From the NCBI GenBank assembly GCA_013265495.1, contig MU058669.1, positions 914,234 to 978,233 on the forward strand: a DNA stretch of 64,000 nt. The letters run 5' to 3'. Below are positions 35,669-48,711 of the stretch, one piece after another. The notes under the pieces were generated by a model. That model was not told the DNA's origin. It did no database searches and saw only the letters and a list, made by a program, of their open reading frames with translations. The position numbers and the translations under genes were made by a program. Source of the DNA: Vicugna vicugna (lineage: Eukaryota). Positions within the stretch are counted from its first letter, which is position 1. Each line of letters begins with the position of its first letter.

Positions 35669-37466
35669 ACAGATCCCATAGCATCTCAGTTAATTTTCAC
35701 AACTGATGGCAGTGGACAGGTAGAATGTACAACCCTCACTGTAGAGCTGAGGATCAGGTGACATCGTAGGTCCAGGGGCAGACTGTTACTAGCAAAGCAA
35801 AGTCACCAAGGGTACACGCCCCACCACACCAGACACAGGCAGACCATTCCACAGGGTGACGCATTTTGGGGAGAGAATGGAATTGCTTCAATGAGGATGA
35901 GGTGGGGGTCCTCTTGATCCTGTTTACTGCTTTCTACCATTTGCTAGGGGGCAAAATTTTAACTTTGTGGCAGCAGTTGATTTGGGTTCAGTTGTAGATA
36001 TATATGCTGGGGTTTTTTTTTTCCCACCTTAACATCTATATTAGCCCATTACAAGGAGCTAAGAAAACAGTAACAACTCAACCATCCACTTGTGTCTTTT
36101 ATCTTCTTGTCTGAGTGCTTCTGCTCCTTCTCTGCCTTCATATTTATCTCATCATTTACAGTCCACCTCCATGGCTGCCTCCACTGTAAAGCTCACCCCC
36201 ACTCACCCCTGATAAGAATGTGTCAGCTCTGTCTCAATGATACAGCTCTCTACTTGATCTTCCAGTACAGCTGTGTTTTCGTGTCTGCTCCCCACAGTGG
36301 ACATAACTCTTTGGAAGCAATGAACGTATCTTAGCATCTCTGTATACCCCTAACACCTGCCATGGAGTAATACTTTGGAGCTAGAAAGGAGCAAAGAAAA
36401 TAAAACAGCTGCCAACTCCTGTAAGTACTGAGCATCAGCTGTGTCGTGGGTCCTCCACGAAGCTTTTTTATACACTTCATTTTGTTTCAACACTCAGTAT
36501 GGTCTTGTATGTATTTTTATCTCTCTTTTAAAGACTGGAAAATTGAGATTCAGAAGATGTTAAAGAGGCAATCCGATGTCATGCCATTTGCAAGTGGTAG
36601 ATCTGGAATTCTTGATGTATATATATAATAATGCTTCTCCACTTCTTATTTAATGGCTAAAAAACCCGAAGCCTAGACAGAGAAAATTTTCTTAGTTGCA
36701 CAGAGAGGACTGAAGCCAGGTCGAGAATGTAGACCTCAGGTCACTTTACCCCCACCCTGGTGTCTCTTCCTGAGCATCATAGAAAGGAAAAAAATCTTCT
36801 TGGAATTTCTGGATCACCTGGAGAGTTGCTTTCATTCCATAAATGGATGGCCTGGCAAATATGTTTCCTGATGAATTTTTGAAGAGGAGCCAGATTCCTT
36901 TTCTTCTCCACAGACACCAGAGTCCACGATTTGGTCACTTTTGCTCACTTTTTGGATGCTGTACCCCTGAGATTTTTAGAACTCTTCCTTTCTGGTCTCA
37001 TACCTCCAATAAACCCATTGTCACCTGATCTTTCTCAAGTTCATGGTACTCTTCTAGGCTCTGATCTGATTCTGTTGCTATTTCTGGGCAGGCATGAGGT
37101 TTTCCAGGGTTTAAATTGATGGCTTCCTCTCCTTTTCCTGGTGAAAATTCAGTGTTGATTGCTAACCTTAGAGATCTCACTTCTGCTCTTTGAGGTAGCA
37201 GGGATGTCTCAAGGACCTACAAGTAATAATGTCCAAGTATGGTGTGGATTCGATTTCAAAGGTGAAAAGAATCCTAGTGAGTCTGATTACTCACTTGTCA
37301 AAGTGCTGGTCATGGCTGTCATTAAACAGTGATGGGATAAAGGACATTGCTGTGCAGTGCCTCAGTTATCCAGTCAGGCAGAGGGATGGAAATGCATTTT
37401 CTGGTTAATTGAATGCTAACCCTTTCAATTCTTCAGAGCTGTTTATTACCTAAACATTTCATTTTT

Positions 37467-38274
37467 TTAAACATTTTTTATTGATTTATAGTCATTTTAC
37501 AATGTTGTGTCAAATTCCAGTGTAGAGCACAATTTTTCAATTATACATGAATGTATATGTATTCATTGTCACATTTTTTTCTCTGTGATCTACCATAATA
37601 TCTTGTATGTATTTCCCTGTGCTATACAGTATAATCTTGTTTATCTATTCTACAATTTTGAAATCCCAGTCTATCTCTTCCCACCCCCTGCCCCCTTTGC
37701 AACCACAAGTTTGTATTCTATGTCTGTGAGTCTATTTCTGTTTTGTGTTTATGCTTTGTTTGTTTGTTTGTTTTTTAGATTCCACATATGAGCGATCTCA
37801 TATGGTATTTTTCTTTTTCTCTCTGGCTTACTTCACTTAGCATGACATTCTCCAGGAGCATCCATGTTGCTGCAAATGGCGTTATGTTGTCAGTGTTTAT
37901 GGCTGAATAGTATTCCATTGTGTAAATATACCACCTCTTCTTTATCCAGTCATCCGTTGATGGACATTTAGGCTGTCTCCATGTCTTGGCTATTGTAAAT
38001 AGTGCTGCTATGAACATTGGGGTGCAGGTGTCATCCTGAAGTAGGGTTCCTTCTGGATATATGCCCAGGAGCGGGATTCCTGGGTCATATGGTAAATCTG
38101 TTCCTAGTCTTTTGAGGAGTCTCTGTACTGTTTTCCACAGTGGCTGCACCAAACTGCATTCCCACTAGCAGTATAGGAGGGTTCCCCTTTCTCCACAGCC
38201 TCTCCAGCATTTGTCATTTGTGGATTTTTGAGTGATGGCCATTCTGACTGGTGTGAGGTGATACCTCATTGTAG
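37467..38274 (-). mobile_element. 5'-truncated young L1 (ORF2 C-terminal region + 3' UTR), camelid-type
   Basis: ORF 37775-38152 is the L1 ORF2p C-terminus ([37 protein letters not shown]). The upstream frame reads [31 protein letters not shown] ttcattttt at 37458-37466 and 38275-38283. Confidence 0.96.
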
Positions 38275-38440
38275 TTCATTTTTGAGCTTTGGTAGGCTGT
38301 ATGCTATTTACTTAAGTATGTTGTTTTTAAAACACACAGATATCTTGAATATCTAACAAGGGATTCTGCTGAACACATTATGTTATAGTACAGCAAGGCA
38401 CTCCATCATCATTTAAGTACTAGTGTGGATATTTGCTTAT

Positions 38441-39853
38441 TTTTAATTTTTTCCCAGTTTTATTAAGATAGAGTCGACATATAGTACAAGTTTACGGTGT
38501 ACAGCATAATGACTTGACTTACATATTGTGAAATGATAACCACAATGAGTTTAGTTAGCATTCATCATCTAATAGAAATATTTTAAAAAATTAGTGTTTT
38601 TTTTCCTTGTGATGAGGAATCTTAGGATCTACTCTCTTAACAATGTTCAAATATACTATACAGCAGTATTAGCTGTAGTCATCATATTGTACATTACATC
38701 CTTAGAACTTATTTTTTTCTGTGTATATATGTTTACTGAAGTATAGTCAGTTTACAATGTTGTATCAATTTCTGGTGTACAGCATAATGCTTCTATCTTA
38801 CATGAATATACATATATTCATTTTCATATTTTTCTTCACCATAAATTACTGTAAGAAATTGAATATAGTTCCCTGTGCTATACAGTATGAACTTGTTGTT
38901 TATCTATTTTATATATATATTAGTATCTGCAAATCTCAGACTCCCAATTTATCCCTTCCCACCCCTTTTCCCGCCCCCGGTAACCACAAGTTTGTTTTCA
39001 ATGTCTGTGAGTCTGCTTCTGTTTTGTAAATAAGTTTGTTTGTCTTTTTTTTTTCCAGCTTTTACATATAAGTGATACCATACTGTATTTGTCTTTCTCC
39101 TTCTGGCTTACTTCACTTAGACTGACATTTTCCAGGTCCATCTGTGCTGCTGCAAATGGCATTATTTTATTCTTCTTACGGCTGAGTAGTATTCCATTGT
39201 ATAAACATATCATAGCTTCTTCTTCCTAGAACTTATTTATCTTACAGCTGGAAGTTTGTATCTTTTGAGTATTTTCACCCAGTTCCCCCACCCCACCCCT
39301 TGCCTCTGTTAATCTCAAATCTTTTCTCTTTTTTTATGAAGTTTTTTGATTTGTTTGTTCAGATTCTACATGTAAATGAGATCATATAGTATGTGTCTTT
39401 CTCTGTCTGACCTATTTCACTTACGTAAGGCCCTCAAGGTCCATCCATGTTGTCGCAAATGCAGGCTTTCGTTCTTTTTCATGGCTGACTCATGTTCCAT
39501 CGTATATATAAGCCACAGCTTCTTTATCCATTCATCCATTGATAGACACTTGGGTTTTTCCATGTCTTGGCTTTTGTCGATAATGCTGCTCTGAACAGCA
39601 AGAGTTACAGATATCTCTTGGACAAAGTGTTTTCTTTTCCTTTGGATATATTCCCAGAAGTGGAATTGCTGGATCATCTGGTAGTTCTATTTTTTATTTT
39701 CTTTTTCAGGAAACTCTATACTGTTTTCCATAGTGTCTGTACCAATTTACATTCCCACCAGTAGTGTGCAAGTGTTCTGTCTCCTCCACATCTTCACCAA
39801 CATTTGTTCTCTCTTGTCTTTTTGATGATAGTCATTCTAACAGACATGAGGTA
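38441..39853 (-). mobile_element. L1MA9-like (older laurasiatherian-type) L1 3' portion, interrupted at 38715-39224
   Basis: 3' end ttattaagatagagtcgacatat..aagtttacggtgtacagcat. ORF2 remnant in ORF 39417-39677 (KPKCLSMDEWIKKLW.IYTME). Degenerate TSD tggata....cttat at 38426-38440 and 39854-39868. Confidence 0.88.
38715..39224 (-). mobile_element. Young L1 3' end nested inside the older L1
   Basis: Similar to the 14302-14790 copy. TSD c(t/c)tagaacttattt at 38701-38714 and 39225-39238. Confidence 0.93.
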
Positions 39854-41854
39854 TGGATACCCACTTATCAGGATGAAAGATGCTCATAATATAGAAAGTG
39901 AATATTGGAGAGTGAAAAACTTTATATACACCATGATCCTAATTTTAAAAACCCGATTAACTAGATGGTAAGTCTAAATGATACGTGTCAACATGTTAAA
40001 AGGGTTATCTCAGAGTCATGCGATGATAAGTGCTTTGCTTCCTCCCCTCTTTTCTTACCTGTGTTTTATACTTTCCCATGATAAACATGTGTTGCTCATA
40101 TATTCTAAAACAATACTGTTTTTTTATCATAATTACACATAACCCAGTACCCATAACCAATCAATAATCAGCCCTATTCTCAGTCCTGAAGTTACAGAGT
40201 TATATCAAACATTGCCTGGCAGAGAGATTTTTCGTATCTGAAGAAAACTAACGTAGATTTTAGTCCCAAATCTGCCCCTAACTACTGCTGTACCTCTAGT
40301 CACAGAGACCTTTGATCTTTGGGTTTCCGTTCACTTCTACGTAAAATGAGGGTCATGCCGTTCACCTTACAAGCTACTGTGAAGACGAAATGATGGGGTC
40401 CTATTTCTGGACTGTGTTTCAGAATTAAGAAGATTTTTAAAAATACGCACTGCTGGGCCCCACCTCAGGCCATCCCAGCACAATCCAGGACTGACCAGGA
40501 AGTGCTGGACTTATTCTCATGGACTGATTGTCATGGTGGTTCTCCTTCTTGGACACTTGGGCTGATGTGGTGTGACATAGACTGAGCTTTGATAATTACG
40601 AATCATTATCCTCTTGGTGCAGGGAGAGGATGAACACCTCTGCCCGAGGCTGGGGTCCTGCCAAAGCTGCCAGCCAGGCTAAGACTGCTCGAGGAGGAGC
40701 AAAACGTTAAGCGAGTGACGTTTATTACATTTTGGTAAAAAGTTAAAAAGAAATGGTTTTGTTTACCAAAGGATAATGTCACAGTAAACAGAGGCTGGGG
40801 GTTGTCAAATATCCAAAAAGTTAATATATTAAGGGGGCGTTCGTGATTATTGTGCCTGATTGCCACAACATAGCCACCCTCTCTAAACCTTGTCCCTGGG
40901 CACCTCTGCTTCAACACCTCTGAGGTCCAGGAGCTCACTACCTCACCCCTCCGCCTGGTCACTCTTTGGATGCTATTGCGATTTCCAGGTCTTACTCCTC
41001 ATTCATCCGCAGATCTGAGCTGTACCACGTGGTGCCTGCCACATGAAAGTCCCACCAGATTTTCTGTCAGTGGCTCTGCACTGCTTTAGAAGTAACCCAT
41101 CAATAGCAGTACAGTCACCTAAGTTCCAGCCAAAGTACCGTGTACAAATCAGAGCACATTTTTAGCTTATTCTTCTCCAATTTACTCTCCAACCTGCATC
41201 CATAAATGGGAGAGAAAAGGGTTGAGTTACAACTCCCACATAGGGAGCAAGAAGGAGCTGCATCTGTCATGGGAGTTGGGAGGGAGAAAAAGGTTGCTGT
41301 TTACTGTAACTGTGTGGCACTTCACATGGTCAGTGTGAGGCCTCATCATTGGCTAGTAGTCATTAAGTGCCTACTGTGCCCAGGGTATTAGACTATATGT
41401 TAAAGGAGAGAGAAATAATGAGGCATAAAATCGTTGGACTAGATGGTTATGAGGTCTTTATATTAAAAAAAAAGAAATACTCCCCAAAGTGTTCACGCAT
41501 TGATTTATTGATTCAATTGTTTATTGGTTAATTAATTGATTGAGTTTATTTATCAGACACAACTAAATGCTAGGAATAATACCATGAAAAAACCAGATGA
41601 GGTCATTGCCTTCACGGATATTACACTCTGGTCTCTAGCTCTGTTTACAAATTTTGATAATTGAGTTCCCTGCCCTTTGACCACAATAGAAACTTGGTTT
41701 CAAGGATCCTTATAGGTCACTGGTCCAAACACTGAGTCATCACTTGAATATACCCACTAATGAAGGAGGAGGAGGAGGAGGAGAAGGAGGAAGAGACGTA
41801 GGAAGGGTTCTGGGAAGGATGTTCTCCCCCTCCCCCTCCTGGAAGCCCTGGAGT

Positions 41855-42075
41855 AGGAGGCTAAGAGTGTCAGCTGTGGGGTCAGCTCTGAGCTCAGGGC
41901 TGAGTTCTGGAACTTACTATGAACTGTGTTTCCTTGGGTCAGTTACCGAGCTTGACTCTCAGTTTCTTTACCTGCAAAATGCTCCTTATACCTGCTTCTT
42001 AAGGCTGCTGTGAAGATTCAGTGAGGTGATGCATGGAAAGCACTGGCGTGATACCTTGGGAATAGCTGCTGCGGT
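41855..42075 (+). mobile_element. MIR SINE
   Basis: gctaagagtg..acttactatgaactgtgtttccttggg..ctcagtttctttacctgcaaaatg..ctgtgaagattcagtgaggtgatgcatggaaagcact. Confidence 0.8.
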
Positions 42076-42692
42076 ATGAAGCCCTGTCGCTTTATTATAA
42101 GCATAAATTACCATTATAAATAATTATTATTGAACTCCTCCATCTGTGGGGGACCTGTGAGAAAGGCCTTTCCATCTTCTGGTAAGCAAGTCAACAAAGC
42201 TCTTCCTAAAATATTTTCTAAAATGGATAGCACCAAATGCATGGTCTCTGTTACAACTAGCCGTAACGAGAGTTCCCGTGACCTCCACGCATCCGACTTT
42301 CCTCTCTCTTCCCTGACGTTCCCTCTCTTATCTCTCCTCCAGGCTCGGGAGTCTATTTCTTCAGCTCTTCCTCATTGGAGGAAGTCAAAACCTGCCCCCA
42401 TCTTGGTGAATCTCTCTCCAAATACGTCTCTCATATAAGCATCTAATGTTCTAACAATTCATCCTCACACACCAGTGACCAGGCTAAATACCAGGGATTT
42501 TTGTCATGTTGATATGCATTCCCACTGACCCATGTCTCAGTAAGTGATTCCATCCTTCCAAACACCTATTGGAAACGGGCTTTTCCATCTTCACTCTCTT
42601 CTCTGATAGGAAGAAATTGTTTGCAAAATTGAACAGATTTCAGGATACTGATGAGGACACATTTGCTGTTAGGTGGGTCATCAAACATTTAA

Positions 42693-42906
42693 AGATGAAT
42701 TGGTTGATTATGGTGTGTAGGCTGAATCTGGCTGTTCTGGTAAAAGTTTTGCTGGAATACAGCTACACCTGTTCATTTACATATGGTCTGAGGCTGTTTT
42801 CATTCTCCAACAGCAGAGTTGAGTAGTTGCCACAGGTATCCTGTGACCCACAAAGCCGAAAATATTTACCCTCTGGCCTTTGACAGAAAAAGTCTGCCGA
42901 CCCCTG
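42693..42906. mobile_element. MER58A-like hAT MITE
   Basis: aaagttttgctggaatacagc..cagcagagttgagtagttgc..cccacaaagccgaaaatatttaccctctggcctttgacagaaaaagtctgccgacccctg. Confidence 0.88.
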
Positions 42907-44699
42907 CACACCCAGCTGAGCACGGAGGTTGCTCCCATGTTGCTGTAGCGGTGGACTACCCCGGGACCTTAAGCAAATAGGATGAAACCTGATGTTCTTT
43001 CTCTGAGATCCTTGTCATTGCAAATCTCCTTTGGCAGTTTCTGAAATGGATAAACGGTTCCGGCTGGCAGCAGAATGCATCTGTCCCTGCATCTCAGATT
43101 GCCACACCGTCTTAAAGTTGCCCAAACTTCACCCCAATCCTGAAACACACCCAGCCTGTGTTTTGTCTTACGTAGCATAACCCTCATCCCACACTACGTG
43201 CACCCCTTGACCACTGGAACTCAGCCTTCCCTTTGATTTTTCTCTGCAGTCGCCAGTGCAACCCAGTTATACCGAGCTACCATAACAATACTACTCCCTC
43301 AATTCTGCAAACTTTAAACTTCTTGTAATGTCTCCGAGGAGGCCTGGACCTTTGGTTCATCTCCCAGATAAACACTCTTCTGTAGGGCCTCTGTCTTGAA
43401 CCTGTATCTTTCACTATTCCCACCAAGGTCTGCTGGGATGGAGCAGGGATGAATTCAGAGTCTCCACTGAGCTCTTGCCACCCTCTTAAACATAAGAGAA
43501 CCAAGGATTTGGGGCTGACAGTCACAGTACAGATCATTACAGGAGAGGAAGCTTAATTTCAGAAATTTCAAAAGGCTTCCCCCAGTCCCAGGGCCAGTGA
43601 CTTGAACTCCAGCCCTCAGGCTCCCAATCTGGTGTTCTATTCCACGTACGATCCCACTACTCCTGGGATTCTAAAGAGAAGGCACATTTTTCAGTAACTT
43701 CATCTCCTCTGCATTTATCATGATATTGATCACATTGCCACCAACATCCTTCCCAGGACCCTTCCTGCGTCTCTTCCATCTGAGTAGCTATTTTTTCCTT
43801 TCTGTTCTCCTCCGACCTTGGAACCTTCCAGAGATCCTGCCTTAGGTTTATCTAAATTAAATCTCTTCCCTTGACTGTTTACCAATTCCTCTAAGCTCTT
43901 CGGTCCGGTTGATAATTTCTTTCATCATCTCCCCCTGTGCTCGCAATTCTGTGTAATTTGGCAGCACCCATCAATCTGAATAATGTACAACTAGCTTCTT
44001 CTTAGGTCATTATAGATTTTAATAAACAGTGGTGATCTCATTATAGACCCCCATGGAGCTGGGCTGAGCTAATTTTTCTCTTTCTTGATATGGTGAGAAC
44101 CCCTGATTTTGCCTTTGTCTTTCCCTGCTGGGAGGAGTGAGTAGGCCATGAGCCCAGATGACCCTGAGCCCAGATGCCCCGTCTGGAGTCATCCTATCCA
44201 TGGACCGTTGAGTGGTGAGCAGAAGCCACTTCCCTCCAGCCCACGGCCTGTTGCCAGGGGAATCATGCTTCCGGATAATGGTCTCACTCCTCCAGGGCAT
44301 CGTGTCTTGCCTGAGGCTTCAGGAACAGTGCTGGGGAAAACACTGAATGTGACTCTTCAGTATTCCACTGGGAGCAGACCTTGGGGTTCCCGCATGAGCT
44401 CATTCCCAGCATTCGCTGCACAGTGACCTCATTGTTCCTCCATATTCCTAATTTTACTTTAAACTGTCTTCTGGGATATAGAGCAGTCTCCCCCAGCACA
44501 GTTCCATGACTCACCTCCTTCAGGCCCTGCTCAAATGTGACCTTATCAGAGGCTTTCCCTGACACCTTATTTAAAAGAATCCTGAATCCCTCACGTCCTA
44601 GCCCTCCATGTTTATTCCCTCCCTCATAGCAATATATATTCCTCTTGTTTTTGTTTATTGTGCATCATTAGACTGGGTTCTCCATGGGAGCAGGTACTT

Positions 44700-45262
44700 T
44701 TATTTTATTTTATTTTATTTTATTTTATTTTATTAAATTGAGAGATAATTGACATATAACTTTGTATTAAGTTTAAGGTGTACAGCGTATTGATTTGACA
44801 CACTTGTATATTGCAATATGATGACCACCGCAGTGTTGGTTAAAACCTCTTACACCACATAACTCGTTTTGGGGTGGGAAATAATTAAGACCCAGCCTCT
44901 TAGCAATTTTGAAATTTATAATATAGTTGACCCCCGAACAATACTGGTTTGAACTGTGTGGGTCCACAACACAGCAGATTTTTTCAGTAAATACGTGTAT
45001 GTCCTGTAAGTGTATTTTCTCTTCCTTGCGGTTTTCTTTTCTTACTTTATTGTAAGAATACAATATATAATACATATAACAAATATACATACATACAAAA
45101 TATGTATTAATTAACTGTGTTATTGGTAAGGCTTCTGGTCAACAGTAGGCTGTTGGTAGGTGTTTTCGGAGAGTCAAAACTTACACGCAAATTTTTGACT
45201 GCATGAGAGGTTGGTGCCCCTAATCCCCTCCTTGTTCAAGGGTCAACTATTCGGTATTGTTT
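44700..45262 (-). mobile_element. L1MA9-like 3' end with (TTTTA)n tail, interrupted by a Tigger
   Basis: (tattt)n tail, then attgagagataattgacatataac..aagtttaaggtgtacagc..ctcttagcaattttgaa; resumes cggtattgtt after the Tigger. Confidence 0.85.
44924..45249. mobile_element. Tigger2a-like Tc1/mariner MITE
   Basis: TIRs tagttgacccccgaacaa and ttgttcaagggtcaacta. TA target at 44922-44923. Confidence 0.9.
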
Positions 45263-45589
45263 GTTTTCAGGGCAGACACTTCAGTCTGTTCTCTTCATTG
45301 TACTCCCGGTGCCTAGAGTCACATATTTGTTGAATGAATGAGTAATTACGGAGCTGCTGCTACTGCTGCTGATTCATTCCTCACACGCAGAGAGGACGGG
45401 ACAATTTTCAGAGGGCTTCGACTTCCTTTATCTCGTTTGATTTTCATAAAAGCGTGGATTATTATCTTCATTTTCAGAAAAGGAACCTTAAGATCAGAAC
45501 ACAAGTCAATTCTTTCCTCCCTCCCTCCTTTCCTTCCTTCCTTTCTCATTCAGATAACCCACAGTTGAGTGCTTTGTATGTATGTGGTA

Positions 45590-45800
45590 ATAGCGCACGG
45601 CCTGTGTCAAATTCTGACTTTGTCTTCATTTCTTAAATGTAGGGATTTCAGGCACATTACTCAACTTTTCTGAAACCTTATTTCATTCTCTTAAAAGATG
45701 GGGGATACTAGTATCTGGAAGATAACAAGAGGATGAAATTAGAAATACGCAAGTACTCAGTACAGTGACTGACATGCACTAAGCTCTCAATAAATGTTAG
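45590..45800 (+). mobile_element. MIR SINE
   Basis: tcaaattctgactttg..aaagatgggggatactagta..gtactcagtacagtgactgacatgcactaagctctcaataaatgttag. Confidence 0.7.
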
Positions 45801-45828
45801 TTGCTGATTGTATTATCATTACATGTTG

Positions 45829-46097
45829 TCACTACCACCATCATCACCACCGTCTTGACATCTCCCCCAGCACCACCACCAGCACCAGCACCACATCACC
45901 ACATGACCATCTTCACCAGGATAACACCATTGCCACCATTACTGTATCACTACCACCACATGACAGCATCACCACCATCAGAACCACCACATCATACATC
46001 ACAGCATCAGCACCTCTATCACTACTACCACATCACTGCATTACCACCACCACCACCACCATCACCACATCACCGTCACTAACACCCCACTTCCACC
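45829..46097. repeat. Degenerate (CAC/CAT)n low-complexity tract
   Basis: Read directly: ~270 bp of caccaccatcatcaccac-like units. Confidence 0.92.
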
Positions 46098-48711
46098 AGT
46101 GTGTGCCAGGCATCATATTAGGCACTATGGCTGTAAAATAACAACAAAAGTAGAAGACAGCAGAACTATGAATTGTAACTCTATCTGCCTGATAATAATG
46201 TCCTTAATCACTCTACTGCACCCACAAGATGTAGTGAGAGAGGGAGGTATTTCTATAACTGTTATGTTATAATGTGCTAACTGAAGAAAATAGAACGGCA
46301 CTATATAAGCACACAGGATGGCCCCCCGACCAGACTTGAGGCAGAGGGAGTAGGTAAAGAAGGCTTCTTAGAGGAGGCACATGAGGCGAATCTTGGGATA
46401 TGAAATTGAGTTAGTGGAGTCCTCATAACTAGCTGATGGCAGAGCAAAGATAGCTCTGGGACTGCAAGTTCACTCCACTGCATGTTCTCAGTAACCCCTC
46501 ATTCTCCAACACGGAATTGTTTTGTCTAGTCCCTGACCTCCAGTTGCTCATAAAGACTCTACTCTTGGCAAAGTGAAGCTTTCACCCCATAGCTCATGAA
46601 GAATGCTTTGCCACATGCTGTCAGCTGCTGTCAAGCCATTCCCAACAGGATACCATTTATTATACATCTGAAGTAAGTCCATCACCACAGTGGGACAAGT
46701 CCTGCTCCACTGCAATTCCTCCAAAAAGAAGGAAGAATTGTAGTTCATGCTGATTCCACAGCTGTTCAGTAATGCACAGGAAAAGAGAGCACTTGAATGT
46801 CTCCCAGAATGTATACACATTAGAGACTATAGGAAAGACATGCTATTTTGACTTTTAGAGGTTCTGTCTCATGGTATTAGAGAAAATGAGTTTGTTCTTT
46901 GGATACTCTCCTAGATGGTCAAATGTTGGTTAATGCCACTGCCAAAACATCAAGGACTCTAGAATACACACTGCAAATGAAGCCTGGGATAGAATGGGCT
47001 CAGGTCCAAGACTTAATTAGCAGTAGGAAGGCAGGGTGGCCCAAAGGACAGAGTAAGCTGGGCTGAAAATAAATAGGTACCAGAGATCATGCTGATGCCT
47101 AGTTCATTGATCAGAATTCTTAGTCACTAGCAGAGAGCCTGACACAGAGTAGGTATTTCAAAAATATGGGAGATCAATCAGTAGGTCAGTGAACCAATTG
47201 GGTCAGTCATGGAGTCAAGGCAGAGACGTCAGGCTAGTAGACGCCCGAGGGACCATGAAGATTGGGTTGAGATGTTTGGTTTTTAGTCTCTAGATGATAG
47301 CCATAAATGTTCCATCAGAAGAAGGATAGTTTTGGAAAAATGAATGTGGCAGCATAGACTCAGATCTCACTCTGGGGCATCACAAGGATGTGAAGAGTTA
47401 ATCCAGTCCTATCTGGCTGCAGTCTCCTTTCTCCCCACTTGGCCATCTCAGAACTCTTCCTCTTGCGTCTCTGGTAGGGCCTCATCCAACTTTGGAAGAG
47501 GTCACACTGAGAGTTTTTGCGGATGCTTACCTGGGCAGGCTGGTCCTGCAAAGGGTGTATACTCTTAAGGCAAGGTGGGCAGAGGTAATGCTGGCACCTC
47601 TCCATGGGCACGTCTGGCTTTCCACGGGAGAAACATTCGTCCCGTAGACCACAGCTGTTATCTTGCCGTCTCCACCTTCGCCCTTGCCATCCATCTGGGT
47701 TCAGCATGGATTTTCAGAGCAAAGTGAACAAAACAACCCAACATCGTATTTGCAGAGTTGGAAGGGATTGGCAACTTGCAGAGTCTGACTTCACTGTTCA
47801 AATGGGAACATTCAAGGAGGATGATCCTGAGCCTACACTGTAAACTGGCCTAGAACCCAGACCTTGTCATCGCATCTAGAGATTCTTGTTCAGGAGAAAG
47901 TTCAAGTGGAACAAATCCCAAATCTCCCAGATTTCAGTAGGCTTCTCAGACAGATTTCCAGCATTGAGCTGTGTGAAGGTCCTGTGAGCTCACCTAGAGC
48001 CACATTCCGACATTGTGCAGAGAACCTGCAGGCAAGGCCAGGCCTGAAGGAGGCCGAGGGTTGGGTGAGGGCTGAATTATTAGTTGCTGGGGGAGTAGAC
48101 ACATTTTAAAAAAGCACATCCCTCTGCCAACCTCTACTCATCTTGTGGTCTTTGCTTCATGCTGCTTCCCCTAAATCTTCTCATAGTCACAATTTATAAG
48201 CTTAAAACGTCACGAGATATACACTTTCAATGAGAGAACTTTACAGTATGTAATTTATATATCAAAAAGTCTATTTAAAAATGATGAAGATGGGCTTCTT
48301 CTGGGTACCATGATCAAGGAAGCACAATTCCCCCTACTCTGCATCATTTCTGAATCTTTGGGGAGAACCAGCTTACCTCCTCCGCCTCTCCTGTCAGTAC
48401 TCATCCCACCACTGTTGAGTCCATCCCATCAGATCCCTCCTACATCCGCAGTCCTTACCGTCCCTCAACATGCTGTGTGATGATTAAAACAGATCAGTGC
48501 CTCAGACCTCCCAGATCCTGGTCCAGCTGTTCCCCATCATTTACTGTACCATCCTCCTGTCTCTTCTCTGCTTTGTGCTTCTGTCTTCTCGGCAACATCT
48601 GAACCATCTGAACCTTCATCATAGCACAGGGCTCATGAGGGCACAAGGTGTTAGCTGAGACTAGGTAAAAGAAGCCTTCGTTTTCCAGTGATTATCAAAA
48701 AAACAAAACAA

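Larger units (their letters stand above)
38345..40115 (+). mobile_element. Ancient L1ME-like 3' end, split by later L1 insertions (pieces ~38345-38440 and ~39854-40115)
   Basis: gaaagatgctcataatata..atgatcctaatttt..aacatgttaaaagggttatctc..atgataaacatgtgttgct matches an L1ME-type 3' UTR pattern. Confidence 0.55.
44420..45345 (+). mobile_element. LINE2 3' fragment, interrupted by an L1 that itself contains a Tigger
   Basis: tcacctccttcagg..ctcaaatgtgaccttatcagaggctttccctgacacct. Resumes at ~45269 (agggcagacacttc..gtgcctag..atatttgttgaatgaatga). Confidence 0.8.

Noticed and set aside
45794..46141. His/Thr/Pro-rich ORFs
   Set aside because: Artefacts of the (CAC/CAT)n low-complexity tract.
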